Positions 15,994 through 26,360 of a stretch of DNA of 64,000 nucleotides are shown in pieces (within the stretch, counting starts at the first letter, position 1; each line of letters opens with the position of its first letter). The position numbers and the translations under genes are program-made. The stretch is from an uncultured Holophagales bacterium (GTDB lineage Bacteria > Acidobacteriota > Thermoanaerobaculia > Multivoradales > UBA5704): the NCBI GenBank assembly GCA_963842525.1, contig CAWJGT010000023.1, positions 128,001 to 192,000 on the forward strand, given 5' to 3'. The notes under the pieces were generated by a model, which worked only from the letters and a program-made list of their open reading frames with translations, was not told the DNA's origin and did no database searches.

Positions 15994-18727
15994 TTAGGAA
16001 CGAAAGCCTCGCCAGTCGCCCTGAAGCACGAACCCGGACCAGTAGTAGGGATCCTCCCAGCGCTTTTCGCGCCACATCGAGAGCTGAGCCTGGCGGAGGG
16101 CCGCCGGAGGGGGCAGCCCCTTCAGCAGCATGCCTTGATAGAAGCGCTCCATGAGCACGGAGGTCGCGCGATCGTCCACTTTCCAGAGACTGACCAGGAC
16201 CCGGTCCGCGCCGGCCGCAAGAAAGCTCCGGGTCAGCCCCAGCAGCCCTTCGCCGCGGACCGGCCGGCCGAGTGCGGTCTGGCAGGCACTCAGCACCACC
16301 AGGTCCGCTGGAAAATTGAGTTTCTCGATCGTGGCAGGCTGTAGACGGCCATCGAGAGGACGGCCCGCGGCGTCGAAACGCGACAGCACGAGGCCTGACA
16401 TTTCCGGGTGCTGCTCGTCCACCAGCGCGTGCGTGGCGAAGTGGAGGATTCGGTACCGAGCGAGCAGTCCGCTCATGACCAGCTCCCGGCTCGCCTTGAA
16501 ACCGACGGCCGGCAGGGCTCGCTCCGCCGGCACGAGGCGCAGGATGGCTTCGGCCTCACGGCCGGCGAACCAGAGCCGCGGCAGCCCGCCGCCCGGAAGC
16601 GGCTCGGGAGAGGAGGACGCCACCGCGCGGCTCCGGGCCTCGCCTTGCAGACGGGGATCGTCCGGCTGGAAGACGGCATCGCCAAGGAGGGCCAGCAGCC
16701 CTGGCGGTGGAGCACGCCCGGCGTTGCGCCGCTGAAGGGCGTCCAGAGCCGAGGCCGAAGGGAGGACGACGACTTCGTGCCGCAGCAGGAGGGGGTCCAC
16801 GCCGGGAGGCTCCGGAAGAGCGCCAAACGGAACATAGAGGAGCGCCTCATGCGGGATGATGAGCAGCCGCCGGGTCCCCAGGCGGCCGGCCACTGGCCCC
16901 AGGAGCAGGTTGCCGAGGCGCCGCAGCCGGATCTGCGCTGCCACCCGGCTGGTGGCCTGGCGGCTGCGGGAGAGGAGCCGGTGGACCTGCCGGGCCTCGG
17001 CTTCGAGGCGCGCCTGGCCGGGCAGCTCAAAGCTGGCCATGGACATCCCGTCGAGCACCCAGAGGAAACTCTTGGGCTCGGCCAGGTGGTACTCGAGGAC
17101 GATCGTGTCCTGCCCCTGGATTTGCCGCTGGATTTCGGGCAGCGACAGGGGGACCGCCGGGGCGCCCGCGCCGGCGATCGTATCCAGCAGATTGCGCGCC
17201 CGCGCCCGCTCGCTCACCGCCAGCGCGAGGGCGTCATAGTCTCCGGCAGGGCGACGCCGGTGCTCCTCCATCAGGAGGTCGACCAGGAAGTCGTAATAAC
17301 CTTTCCATTGTGAAAAGTACGAGAGCTGGAGGTCACGAGCCGTGATCCCGCCGCGCAGCGACTCGATGATGCCGAGCGCGGCCTCGATTCGCGCCCGCGC
17401 GGTGATCGGGCTGCCTCTCTGCCGTTCGGACCGGGCCGTGCCGTAGAGAGATGCGGCCTCGAGATCCTGATCGCCGAGGGTTCGGGACAGGGACAGGGCA
17501 CGCCGATAGCACTCGAGCGCCTCCCGGATCTGCCCGCGCTCGGAGTAGATCCACCCGAGGTTGTTCCAGACCGTGGCTTCACTCGCCCTATCCCGCAGCT
17601 CCTGGAAGAGGCTCAGGGCCGCCCGATGGTGGCCGAGGGCCGTTGCGTGCTCCAGGAGGTGATAGTGAAGCTTTCCAAGGCTCGTCAGGGTCACGGCCCG
17701 GCCGGCCCGGTCGCCGGCCCTGCGTTGCAGCACCGAGGCGACCGAGAGTAGCAGCAGGGCACGCCGCGTCTCTCCTGCGCCGGCATAGGCGTTGGCGACC
17801 TGCGTCAGGGTCTCCGCCTTGTGGCGGTGGTCAGCGGCAAGGAGCGTCAGAGCTTTCTGGAGGTGGACAGACGAGGTAACCGGTTCGCGCAAGGCAGCAT
17901 AGACGGCACCGATCCCTGTGAGGGCGAACGCTTGGCCGGTCGTGTCCGCTCGTACGAGCCCTCGCAGGCCCCGGCTCGCCCAGCTTTTCCTGCGCCCTGC
18001 CAATATCGTTGAGAGCGATCGCCCGGCTCTTGGGGTCCCCGAGGCGCTGGGATAACGACAGCATCTCCTGGCTGGCGGCGAAGGCCTGCCGGAAGTCACG
18101 CAACTCCAGAAGGATGCTGGCCTTTTGATGCAGAGCACCGGCTTGGCGTCCAGGCTCGCCGGCCTGCTCCCAGAGCGTCGCTGCCTCACCATAGCTGAGA
18201 TTTGCGCTCCTGAGCTCGCCGCGATTCTTCAGCACCCGGGCGCGGCCAAGGGCTTGGATTGCCTGGACCCGGATCCGGTCCTGGGAGCTCGGCCGGCGGA
18301 GCGCCGCAATGCTCGCTGCATATCGGCCGGAGAGGCTCGGCCAGGGGAGCACCTCGGCTCGGTAGGAGCCCGGCCGCTCCGCGATCCAGAAGAGGTCCTC
18401 CGGACCCTGGTCCCCGTTCGGGCTGTCGGCCTCCAGGAGCCGCCCCCCCGCCGGACCGAGCAGCCGGACCACGATGTCCACACCGCGCTGGTCCACGACG
18501 AAATGCAGGTACTGGCCGGCTTCGAGGTGCAGCCGGTAGACATGGACGGTCCCCTGCGCCAACTCGCGTTCGACGGCGCGGCCCGGTCCGAAAGCGAAGC
18601 CCTCGACCCGAGGAGGCGCCGGGGAGGGGACGGCTGCGAAAGCTGCGCACCCTACCGCCAGAGCGCCCGCGGAGAGCAGGAGGACCCTGCGCGACCGAGA
18701 CATGACCGCGGCTTCGTACAGCAACAT
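15994..18727 (-). CDS. Secreted PPC-TPR-CHAT protease (frameshift near 17955)
   Basis: Signal peptide, VDQRGVDIVV..DSPNG domain, TPR repeats, CHAT motifs LHFATHA, VVLSACQT, SLWKVDD, PYYWSGF. Confidence 0.88.
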
Positions 18728-18759
18728 GCCGCGGATATTTTATCTCTTCCGGAGGGGCC

Positions 18760-19572
18760 TCACTGATACAGCAGACGCATCGCGTACTCCTCGACCACCT
18801 TCGCCCCTCCTCCGCCATCGTGGAAAAGGAGGATCCGGTACTCGCCGGCCTTCAGGAATTGGCGCGACAACCCGATGACGAACGTGCCCTCGTCCGTCCT
18901 GGCCAGCCCGCTTCCCGACCAGACCTCTCCTCCGTCGCGAGTCCGGATCTCGAGGCGGTACCCAGTCTCCATCGGCTCCACGAGAGGCGTCAGGACCAGG
19001 AGAAAGGACCGCACGCCGGGGGGTACCACGAAGCTCGACGCCGGCTGATCTCCGCGCGTGGCTTCGGCGAGATGAAGATACGCGATCGGCAGGTTGAGCT
19101 GCGGCTCCTGCAGCCATCCGACCTCCCGTTGCAGAGAGGTCACCCAGAAGGAAAGCCCCACCGAACAGGCGAAAAAGCCGGTCGCGAGGGCGTAGGCCAT
19201 GGGCGCGGAGGGAAATCTCCCGACCAGCCTCGCGACGAAGGAGCGCCATCTGCCCGCGTGCGTTTCGGCGGCCAGACGGGCGCGCAGGGACTCCCACGAC
19301 GCGGCGACCCAACTGTCCGAGAGCCCCGGCACCTCCTGGTCCGCGGCGTCCGGCGCGGTGAAGGTCTTGTAGTCCAGGAGCAGCTCCGGGCAGTCGCGGC
19401 ACTCGAGGAAGTGCTCCTGGATGCGGTCGTCCTGCTCGGGCGTCAGCTCGTCCGCGTCATAGGCGGTCAGCGCCTCGGGCGTCGGATGCTCGGCCAGCGC
19501 CTCCTGGACCGGCGCTCGCCGGCGGCCGAAGCGCCGGAGCCAGCGGACCGGAGATGCATCCTGCCCACTCAC
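18760..19572 (-). CDS. zf-HC2 anti-sigma-like membrane protein
   Basis: HPTPEALTAY..EHFLECRDC (HxxxCxxC), single TM, extracytoplasmic beta domain; GTG start inferred. Confidence 0.75.
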   Translation of the reverse strand: MSGQDASPVRWLRRFGRRRAPVQEALAEHPTPEALTAYDADELTPEQDDRIQEHFLECRDCPELLLDYKTFTAPDAADQEVPGLSDSWVAASWESLRARLAAETHAGRWRSFVARLVGRFPSAPMAYALATGFFACSVGLSFWVTSLQREVGWLQEPQLNLPIAYLHLAEATRGDQPASSFVVPPGVRSFLLVLTPLVEPMETGYRLEIRTRDGGEVWSGSGLARTDEGTFVIGLSRQFLKAGEYRILLFHDGGGGAKVVEEYAMRLLYQ

Positions 19573-19799
19573 GCCGTTCCTCCGTCGTGCCCTCCCCCTC
19601 TCCCGGTCGCCCGTGCGAGCCAATGCCGCGCCTGGTCCAGATAGAGGCGGACGGTCTCGACCGGAATCTTCATCAACATGGCAATCTCCTCCTCGTCGAA
19701 GCCCTGACCGACGCGCAGCACCCAGCACCGGCGTACCTCATTCGGCAGATCCTCAAGGCCGCGCGACGCCCCCTGTGAATCGAAACGACGAAAATCCAC
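19569..19799 (-). CDS. Stand-alone ECF sigma region-4-like HTH protein
   Basis: LEDLPNEVRRCWVLRVGQGFDEEEIAMLMKIPVETVRLYLDQAR matches sigma70 r4.2 pattern; no room for region 2. Confidence 0.65.
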   Translation of the reverse strand: MDFRRFDSQGASRGLEDLPNEVRRCWVLRVGQGFDEEEIAMLMKIPVETVRLYLDQARHWLARATGRGGGHDGGTA

Positions 19800-19853
19800 T
19801 ATCCCTATAGACCCTGAATCAGGGGTCCAGGGTGAGGCGGCGCCCCGGCGGCG

Positions 19854-20915
19854 TCAGAGCGAGGCGATCACGGGCGCGCCCAGCAGCTCCTGGCCGAGGG
19901 CGGCGAACTCCTCGTCGAACCGCTGTTCCAGGGCCGTTTTCTCGGGCGCGGGCAGGAAGGACTGGCGCAGGGCGGCCAGGGAGAGGCCGGCCAGCTCGGC
20001 GGCGGTGTAGCCGAAGGCGCGGTGCAGGCGGAGGTACTCGTCCACCAGGGTGGTGTTGAAGAAAGGCGGATCATCGGTGTTGACCGAGACGCGGCAGCCG
20101 CCGCGATAGAGCCGGTCGAAAGGATGACTCGCGAGGTCAGGAGCGACGCCCAGGCGGACGTTCGAGGTCGGGCAGACCTCCAGCGGGATGCCCCGGTCGC
20201 GCAGCTCGGCGACGAGCGACGGATCCTCGACCGCCCGCACGCCGTGGCCGATCCGTTCGGCCTCGCAGACCTCCAGGACAGAGCGGATCGACGCCGGGCC
20301 GGCATGCTCTCCTGCGTGGGCCACCCGGTGGAGCCCCGCACGGCCCGCGGCGGCGAAATGCTCCCGGAAGGGCTCGCTCGGGAAGCGCGACTCGCTGCCC
20401 GAGAGGCCCAGCGCCACCACGCCCCGGTCGCGGCCGGCGAGCGCCCATTCGAGGGTCTGGTCGGCGGGTCCCGGGCCGATGTTGCGGACGATGTCGGGGA
20501 TCCAGCGCACGGTGGTGCCGAAGATCCGCTCGGCCTGCCGCACCGCCTCGTCCAACGCGGACAGGATCTCTTCGCCGTTCCCGCCGTTCGCCAGGTGGGT
20601 GGAGATGGTGAAGTGCACTTCGCTATAAACGACGTTCTGGCGCGCCTGCTCGGCCAGGAAGTCGCTCGCCAGCAGCCGGAAGTCCTCCGGCCGGCGCAAG
20701 GCCCGGGAGCAGGTGAGGTAGACCTCGACGAAATGCTCGAAGTCGCGGAAGCGGAACCACTCCCGCAGCCCCGCCTCGGTGTCCTCCGGCAGGGCGGGCA
20801 GCTCGACGCCGTTGCGGCGCGCCAGCTCCAGCAGCACGGCCGGACGCATGGCCCCCTCCAGGTGGACATGGAGCTCCACCTTCGGCATGCGGAGCAGGAA
20901 GAGCTCGAGGCTCAT
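19854..20915 (-). CDS. add: Adenosine deaminase
   Basis: PKVELHVHLEG, HAGE, RIGHG, EVCPTSN, NTDDP. Confidence 0.92.
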   Translation of the reverse strand: MSLELFLLRMPKVELHVHLEGAMRPAVLLELARRNGVELPALPEDTEAGLREWFRFRDFEHFVEVYLTCSRALRRPEDFRLLASDFLAEQARQNVVYSEVHFTISTHLANGGNGEEILSALDEAVRQAERIFGTTVRWIPDIVRNIGPGPADQTLEWALAGRDRGVVALGLSGSESRFPSEPFREHFAAAGRAGLHRVAHAGEHAGPASIRSVLEVCEAERIGHGVRAVEDPSLVAELRDRGIPLEVCPTSNVRLGVAPDLASHPFDRLYRGGCRVSVNTDDPPFFNTTLVDEYLRLHRAFGYTAAELAGLSLAALRQSFLPAPEKTALEQRFDEEFAALGQELLGAPVIASL

Positions 20916-21433
20916 GCGGGGACCGGGGTGACCGGATCGAGCGGAGCGGGGGCACGGAGGCGGTCGTGCAGCCGGGCGAGAACCGGCTCCGGGACCAGGC
21001 CGGTCAGGTCTCCACCAAAGGAGAAGACCTCCTTGACCAGCCGGCTCGAGAGATAGATGTAGTCCTCTCGCGGCATCAGGAAGGCCGTCTCGGTCCGCGG
21101 GTTGAGACGCCGGTTCATCAGCGCCATCTGGAACTCGTACTCGAAGTCCGAGACGGCGCGCAGGCCGCGGATGACCGTGCGCGCCCCGATGCGGTCCATG
21201 TAGTGGACGAGAAGGCCGGAGAAGCTCTCCACCCGGCACTCGGGACGGTCGCGCAGCAGGTCGCGGATGGTCTCGACCCGCTCCTCGACGCTGAACAGCG
21301 GCTTTTTGGCCTCGTTGAACAGCACGGCCACGACCACCTCGTCGAAGATCGGCCGGCAACGGTCGATGATGTCCAGGTGGCCGTTGTGAATCGGGTCGAA
21401 GGACCCCGGATAGACGGCGATCCGCTTGGTCAT
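20912..21433 (-). CDS. coaD: Pantetheine-phosphate adenylyltransferase
   Basis: YPGSFDPIHNGH, RGLRAVSDFEYE, LSSRLVKE. Confidence 0.97.
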   Translation of the reverse strand: MTKRIAVYPGSFDPIHNGHLDIIDRCRPIFDEVVVAVLFNEAKKPLFSVEERVETIRDLLRDRPECRVESFSGLLVHYMDRIGARTVIRGLRAVSDFEYEFQMALMNRRLNPRTETAFLMPREDYIYLSSRLVKEVFSFGGDLTGLVPEPVLARLHDRLRAPAPLDPVTPVPA

Positions 21434-23607
21434 CGGTTCTTGGAGAGGTCGAAGGTGATCACGTTGTAGGCGGCGTCGGTGACCCGCAGGAGGAGCAGGG
21501 CGCCGTTCTTTCCGGGTTCGAGGAGCAACGTCTCGGTCCGCCCGTCGAGCAGACCATCCACCGCCTCGACCGGCTTCCACTCCTCGGCGTCGAGGCTGTA
21601 GACCGCCTCGCGCAACGGGCTCGCCGAGTCGCGGACGGTGACGCGCAACTGGTCGCTGTCCTTCTCGACCTTGCCCAGGACGGGGGAGGTATGGTCGACC
21701 ACGACCGGATCGCTCACCTGCTCGGCCTGCAGAGCGTCCTCCCGGTCGTTGGAAGGCTGGTCCGAGGCGACCAGGCGGAAGCGGTAGACCCCGTCCGGGA
21801 GGACGGTGGCGTCGAAGCTGTAGTAGTCGTCCTTGAGGTCGCCGGCCATCTTGAGCCAGGGCCCGGTGGATTCCGCCGGACGGAAGGAGAGCGCGTAGGC
21901 GAGCTGGTCGCCGTTGGGGTCGGCAGCGCTCCAGCGCAGGGTCCGGAAACCCTTCTTCCACAGCGGCTTGGTGCGCCCGCCGTCGTCCTCCGCGGGGCCG
22001 CCTACGGAGGTGAAGATCCCCTCGCGGTTCGGATGCGCGGGCTCGAAGACCTGGCTCGACGGGTTGAAATTGGCGGGCACCAGGACCTGCCCCGCGTCGA
22101 GCGCCGCCAGCAGGGCGATCCTGGGTTTCAGGTTCTCCTGCCGGTAGGAGAGCTCGGTGCCGTAGATGCGGGGCGACTTGTCGCCGTCGGCGCGGAGCTC
22201 GGTCCGCCACTGGACGTAGCGGCCGAGCGGCACGCCGTCGAGCGGGACTTCCTGGTTTTCCCCGTCACGCCAGTCGGTCCATGGCGACCAGGTGCGGTCC
22301 GGCTCGGAGCTGATGCCGCTGCGGAACGAGAAGCGCGTGTTCCCCCGTCCCGAGGCACCAGGCTCGTCGCCGCGCCAGCGGAAGGTGCCGAAGCGGGCCA
22401 CCTGGCCGGCGTCGAGCGCCGCGCTGGTGTAGGTGCCGGTCTTCTCGATCCCTTCCGTGATGCGGAAGAAGGCGGCTGCGTTGGTGGTGGCGAAGGCCGG
22501 GCCGGACGCGCCGGGCAGCAGGGCCACCACCTGCCGCTCGTCCACGTCCTTCTCCAGGAGCATCTGGGCGTCGCGGTAGCTGTAGAGCTTGCCCTCGAGG
22601 CCGGTGGCCACCCAGAGGCGGTCGTTGGCCCAGAGCAGGTCGTAGGCGGTCTCCTCCGGGAAGGTCCACAGGCTCTCGACGACGCCGGCCGGCGACACGC
22701 TCAGGATTTCGCTGCGCGGGCCCGCGGCCCCCTGGCGGGTGCCCGTGGCCGCAGTGGCAGGCGTCTCCTCGACCACGGTCACCGTCACGGTGGGCTCGCC
22801 GGGCTTTGCCGCGGCGGCGTCCTTGGACAGATCGACCAGGCTCGCCTCGGAGGCGGCCACGGCGGCGTAGAAGCTGCCGTCCGCAGCGACGGCGAGCGCC
22901 ACGACCTCAGGCGACGCGGCATCGTAGAGGGTGCGCACCTGGCGGTCGCGGCCGAGCCGCAGGATCAGCCCCTCGCCGGCCGTGCCGATCAACACGTCGC
23001 CGCCGGGCAGAACCTCCAGCGACCGCAGATGCGTGTCGTCGCTGTCGTAGAGGGTCTCTCCTTTTCCGCCGGCAGCGACCCGGAAGAGCTTGCCCTGGGT
23101 GCCGGTGGCGACCAGCAGGGCGCCGTCCGCGGCCCGGGCGAGGCTCCAGATGTAGGTTTCGCCAGGATCGAAATAGACCTCCCCCGTCTTGCCGCGGGGA
23201 ATCCGGTAGACCTTGCCGCGCGGCGATGTGGCGGCGTACACGGTGCCGTCCGGATCGGCCAGGACGGCGAAGACCTCCGGCTCGGGAGCGGCGAACAGCT
23301 CGGTGACCTTCCCCTTGCGGTCGATCTGGAGCACCTTGCCCGCATTGCCGGTCCCGACGACCCAGCCGTCGGGGTGAACCGCGGTGGAGAGCAGGAAAGG
23401 CTCCACGAGCGAAGCCACCTTCTCGGCCCGCGGGGCGAGCCCCATCCGGCCGAGCGCGTCGATGCTCACACCTTCGAGCGTACCGGCGAGGAAGCCGGCC
23501 TGGCTCTGCGTCTGGAAGATCTTGACCTGGGTGGCGAGCGCCGGCCGCGCTCCTCCCAGGGACACTGCAAGCAACACGGCCGGCAGCACGACGCTCCGCA
23601 ACCTCAT
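21430..23607 (-). CDS. Secreted beta-propeller/Ig-like protein
   Basis: Signal peptide MRLRSVVLP..ALA; repeated ATGxxGKLYR blades; C-terminal PDGVYRFRLVASD. Confidence 0.75.
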   Translation of the reverse strand: MRLRSVVLPAVLLAVSLGGARPALATQVKIFQTQSQAGFLAGTLEGVSIDALGRMGLAPRAEKVASLVEPFLLSTAVHPDGWVVGTGNAGKVLQIDRKGKVTELFAAPEPEVFAVLADPDGTVYAATSPRGKVYRIPRGKTGEVYFDPGETYIWSLARAADGALLVATGTQGKLFRVAAGGKGETLYDSDDTHLRSLEVLPGGDVLIGTAGEGLILRLGRDRQVRTLYDAASPEVVALAVAADGSFYAAVAASEASLVDLSKDAAAAKPGEPTVTVTVVEETPATAATGTRQGAAGPRSEILSVSPAGVVESLWTFPEETAYDLLWANDRLWVATGLEGKLYSYRDAQMLLEKDVDERQVVALLPGASGPAFATTNAAAFFRITEGIEKTGTYTSAALDAGQVARFGTFRWRGDEPGASGRGNTRFSFRSGISSEPDRTWSPWTDWRDGENQEVPLDGVPLGRYVQWRTELRADGDKSPRIYGTELSYRQENLKPRIALLAALDAGQVLVPANFNPSSQVFEPAHPNREGIFTSVGGPAEDDGGRTKPLWKKGFRTLRWSAADPNGDQLAYALSFRPAESTGPWLKMAGDLKDDYYSFDATVLPDGVYRFRLVASDQPSNDREDALQAEQVSDPVVVDHTSPVLGKVEKDSDQLRVTVRDSASPLREAVYSLDAEEWKPVEAVDGLLDGRTETLLLEPGKNGALLLLRVTDAAYNVITFDLSKNR

Positions 23608-25517
23608 CGCCCCCCCTTGCCTCCATTCGTCTGCGCGGCGGCGTCCTTCGCCGTCCCGCCCCCTGTCTTGCCCTCGCCGCTTTCGCCGCTTTCGCCAGAC
23701 ACCGGCTCCAGCCGCCGCACCTCCAGGTCGACCCGCACCATGCCGTCCACAGGGACGTCCATCTCCTGGCGGATCTGCTGGGCGACGGTCGAGCGCAACG
23801 CCGTTGCGCTCCCCGAAGCCGCCGCGTTCCACAGCGAGCGGATCGAGGCCGGCAGGCGCGGCATCACCTCGCCCGCCACCGACAGGCCGGGGCCGCCATA
23901 AACGCCCAGCACCATCAGGTCGCGCCGGGAGTGCAGCGAGCGGATCAGCTCCAGGGCCTGCGGGAAGCTCACCGGCTCCGCCGGCTCGAGAGCCAGGCGG
24001 GCGGCGTCGACGCTCGATCCGTCGCCCACGATGAGCGAGTAGCGGCCGGCCGGCAGGTCCTCCGGCAAGTCGACCACCAGCGAGCGGCGGAAGCGTTCGC
24101 CACGCCACGCCACCAGGTCGAGGTTCAGGTCGACGCTCTCGCCCGGATAGACGACGGTGCGCCCGGCGTTGGCTCCGACCAGGGTGGCGGAGCGCGGCTC
24201 GACCGACTGCTTGACGTCGACCTCGATACTGTCGAACACGACCCTCTCGAAGGGGTTCTGGACCAGGTAGGCGGCGAAGACGAGCACGAACGCCGCCGCC
24301 TGAGTGGCTGCTCCGTCGCCGTCGAAGCTCTGCTTGATCTCGAGCTCGCCGTAGCGGGCGAGCCGGAAGCGGGCTGTCAGGTCGAGCGCCGGCTGGCCCC
24401 CCGTGTAGGCGGCCGACTCGATGCCGGCGAGCACGCTGCTGCCGACGAGCATGGGCGTGAAGAGGGGGAGGTCCGCCACGCGCACGTGGTACTCGCGCGG
24501 CTTCTCCCCGGCTCCCCCGGCGATGCGCACCACCATCGGCGTCATGACCGCCGATTCGCCGATCCGTCCGTGGATGCCCACCTGGCGGTCCTGCTCGAAG
24601 GCGCCGATGATCTCCCCGATGTTGGAGATCTTGAACGAGGAGTACTGGTTCGAGAGGAGCATCACCGTCTCGGCCTTGGCCATCGGGATCCGCATCGGGC
24701 CCAGCCCCCCCAGAAAGGGGTGGCCGAAGGCGAGGACGTGATCGCCATAGCGGTCCGTGACGGTGCCGGTCGCGGCCATCAGGAAGTCGCCGTCGACGAG
24801 CACCGCGGCCACGGCGCCGCCGAGCGGGAGGTCCTTGTCGGTCGAGGGAGCCGCCCTGCCCGCAGAGGAGACGTTGCCCAGCGCGCGCCGCAGCACCCCC
24901 TGCGACATGTCGCCGAAGCCCACGGTCGTCCACTGGAGGCTCGCCTGGGCGCCCAAAGCGACCTTCGGCTGCAGCCGCGCAAGCTCTCGCTCCAGGAGGT
25001 CCTTGGGGATCCGCCCGGCCTGGAGGTCGGCCAGGCCGACCGGCGGCAGCGGCGTGACCGCGGGCATGCCCTTGAAGGTCGAGAGCTGTCGCATCGACTC
25101 GATGGGCGTGATGCCGGCGATCGCCTCGTGCGAGAACGGCCAACTGAAGGCCACCGCGCCGGCCAGGCGGCCATCGAGGAACACCGGGCTGCCGCTCATG
25201 CCGTTGGCAACGCCGCTGCGTTCGAGGTCGTGGCCGGTCAGGCGGGCCAGGATGTAATTGGTGTCCGGCGTGACCTTCCGCATCACCCCGATGACCTCGA
25301 CCTCGAAGCGCTCCGGCTGGGTGCCCGAGAAGACGGACAGGCCGTAACCCTTCTGCCCTGCCTGGACCTCGTCGATGCCGATGGTCGGCAGGGTGCCGAC
25401 CTCGCCCAGCGCAGGCACGGCGGACGGCGGAATTTCGTTCGACGCCTTCAACTCTCCGGCCGCCAACGGTGCGGCCAGGAGCGCCAGGAGCATGGTCGTC
25501 ATCCATTGCTGTTTCAT
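23604..25517 (-). CDS. SpoIVB peptidase S55-domain protein
   Basis: GVANGMSGSPVFLDGRLAGAV, AFGHPF; signal peptide. Confidence 0.85.
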   Translation of the reverse strand: MKQQWMTTMLLALLAAPLAAGELKASNEIPPSAVPALGEVGTLPTIGIDEVQAGQKGYGLSVFSGTQPERFEVEVIGVMRKVTPDTNYILARLTGHDLERSGVANGMSGSPVFLDGRLAGAVAFSWPFSHEAIAGITPIESMRQLSTFKGMPAVTPLPPVGLADLQAGRIPKDLLERELARLQPKVALGAQASLQWTTVGFGDMSQGVLRRALGNVSSAGRAAPSTDKDLPLGGAVAAVLVDGDFLMAATGTVTDRYGDHVLAFGHPFLGGLGPMRIPMAKAETVMLLSNQYSSFKISNIGEIIGAFEQDRQVGIHGRIGESAVMTPMVVRIAGGAGEKPREYHVRVADLPLFTPMLVGSSVLAGIESAAYTGGQPALDLTARFRLARYGELEIKQSFDGDGAATQAAAFVLVFAAYLVQNPFERVVFDSIEVDVKQSVEPRSATLVGANAGRTVVYPGESVDLNLDLVAWRGERFRRSLVVDLPEDLPAGRYSLIVGDGSSVDAARLALEPAEPVSFPQALELIRSLHSRRDLMVLGVYGGPGLSVAGEVMPRLPASIRSLWNAAASGSATALRSTVAQQIRQEMDVPVDGMVRVDLEVRRLEPVSGESGESGEGKTGGGTAKDAAAQTNGGKGGR

Positions 25518-25533
25518 ACTCGTTCTCCGTGGG

Positions 25534-26154
25534 CTACCGGCGCCGCCACAGATCGAGCTGTGCACGCAGCCGTTCGACAGGGAAACTCCCTGATCGTAGA
25601 ACCACCGGACCCGGCTCCTCTATTGCCACCAGCGTCGACGGCGGACCGCCGGGCAGGACTCCGCCGTCCACCACCACCGCATTCTCGCCTGCCAGAAGCG
25701 CGGCAGCCTCCTCTGGATCGAGGACCGGCGCGCCGCCGCTCCGGTTGGCGCTGGTGGCGGTCAGGCCGTGCCCGAGCTCTGCAAGCAACCGCCGCAGGCC
25801 GTCGTGCCGGGGGATGCGGACCGCGAGGGTCGGCTCCCCGGCGGCGGCCGGCACCGGCCGCGCGAGCGGCAGGAGCACGGTGAGGGGCCCTGGCCAACAC
25901 GCCGAAAGAGGCTCCAGTATAGGGAGGTCGGGATCGATTCCCAAATCCGCGAGCTGCGCGAGATCCGCGACCACCACGGGGAGCGCCTTGCCCCGTTCCC
26001 GCTCCTTGATCCTGTAGATCGTCTCAACCCCGATCGGGTTCCATGGATCGGCGCCGAGGCCGTAGCTCGACTCGGTGGGAATGGCGAGCACACCGCCGCG
26101 GGTGAGGACCGCGCGCAAGGGGGCGACGGGGTCGCCGGGACGAAAGATCCTCAC
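25534..26154 (-). CDS. tsaC: L-threonylcarbamoyladenylate synthase (Sua5/TsaC/YrdC)
   Basis: PTESSYGL, IKER..KAL, WPGPLT, TSANRSG. Confidence 0.9.
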   Translation of the reverse strand: MRIFRPGDPVAPLRAVLTRGGVLAIPTESSYGLGADPWNPIGVETIYRIKERERGKALPVVVADLAQLADLGIDPDLPILEPLSACWPGPLTVLLPLARPVPAAAGEPTLAVRIPRHDGLRRLLAELGHGLTATSANRSGGAPVLDPEEAAALLAGENAVVVDGGVLPGGPPSTLVAIEEPGPVVLRSGSFPVERLRAQLDLWRRR

Positions 26155-26160
26155 CCCCTG

Positions 26161-26202
26161 TCCCCCTCTCCCATCGCCCCCCCACCGACCGGGAGAGGGG
26201 GG
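26161..26202. repeat. REP-like intergenic hairpin (CCCCCTCTCCC...GGGAGAGGGGG); related copy at ~39031-39090
   Basis: Inverted repeat arms seen directly; similar arms CCTCTCCC...GGGAGAGG recur near 39050-39088. Confidence 0.6.
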
Positions 26203-26360
26203 ATCACCCGATTAGTGATCTCAGCGGTGTTCATGTGATCTCATTGCGGCCTTCCTCGGGGGGAAGAGGTTCCATGTGTTGCCATTTTGGACCAATTCTC
26301 GCCAGAAAGCGTTGAGCTGTGTGACCCGTGTGTGACCCAAGTTATGCTATACTTACGCCC

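Noticed and set aside
19854-20915. Adenosine deaminase as part of a Kongming- or RADAR-like defence
   Set aside because: It is coupled to coaD in a housekeeping run outside the island, with no partner genes adjacent
26200-26360. tRNA or att core next to the integrase
   Set aside because: No cloverleaf or T-loop motif seen, and I found no second copy of this sequence in the window
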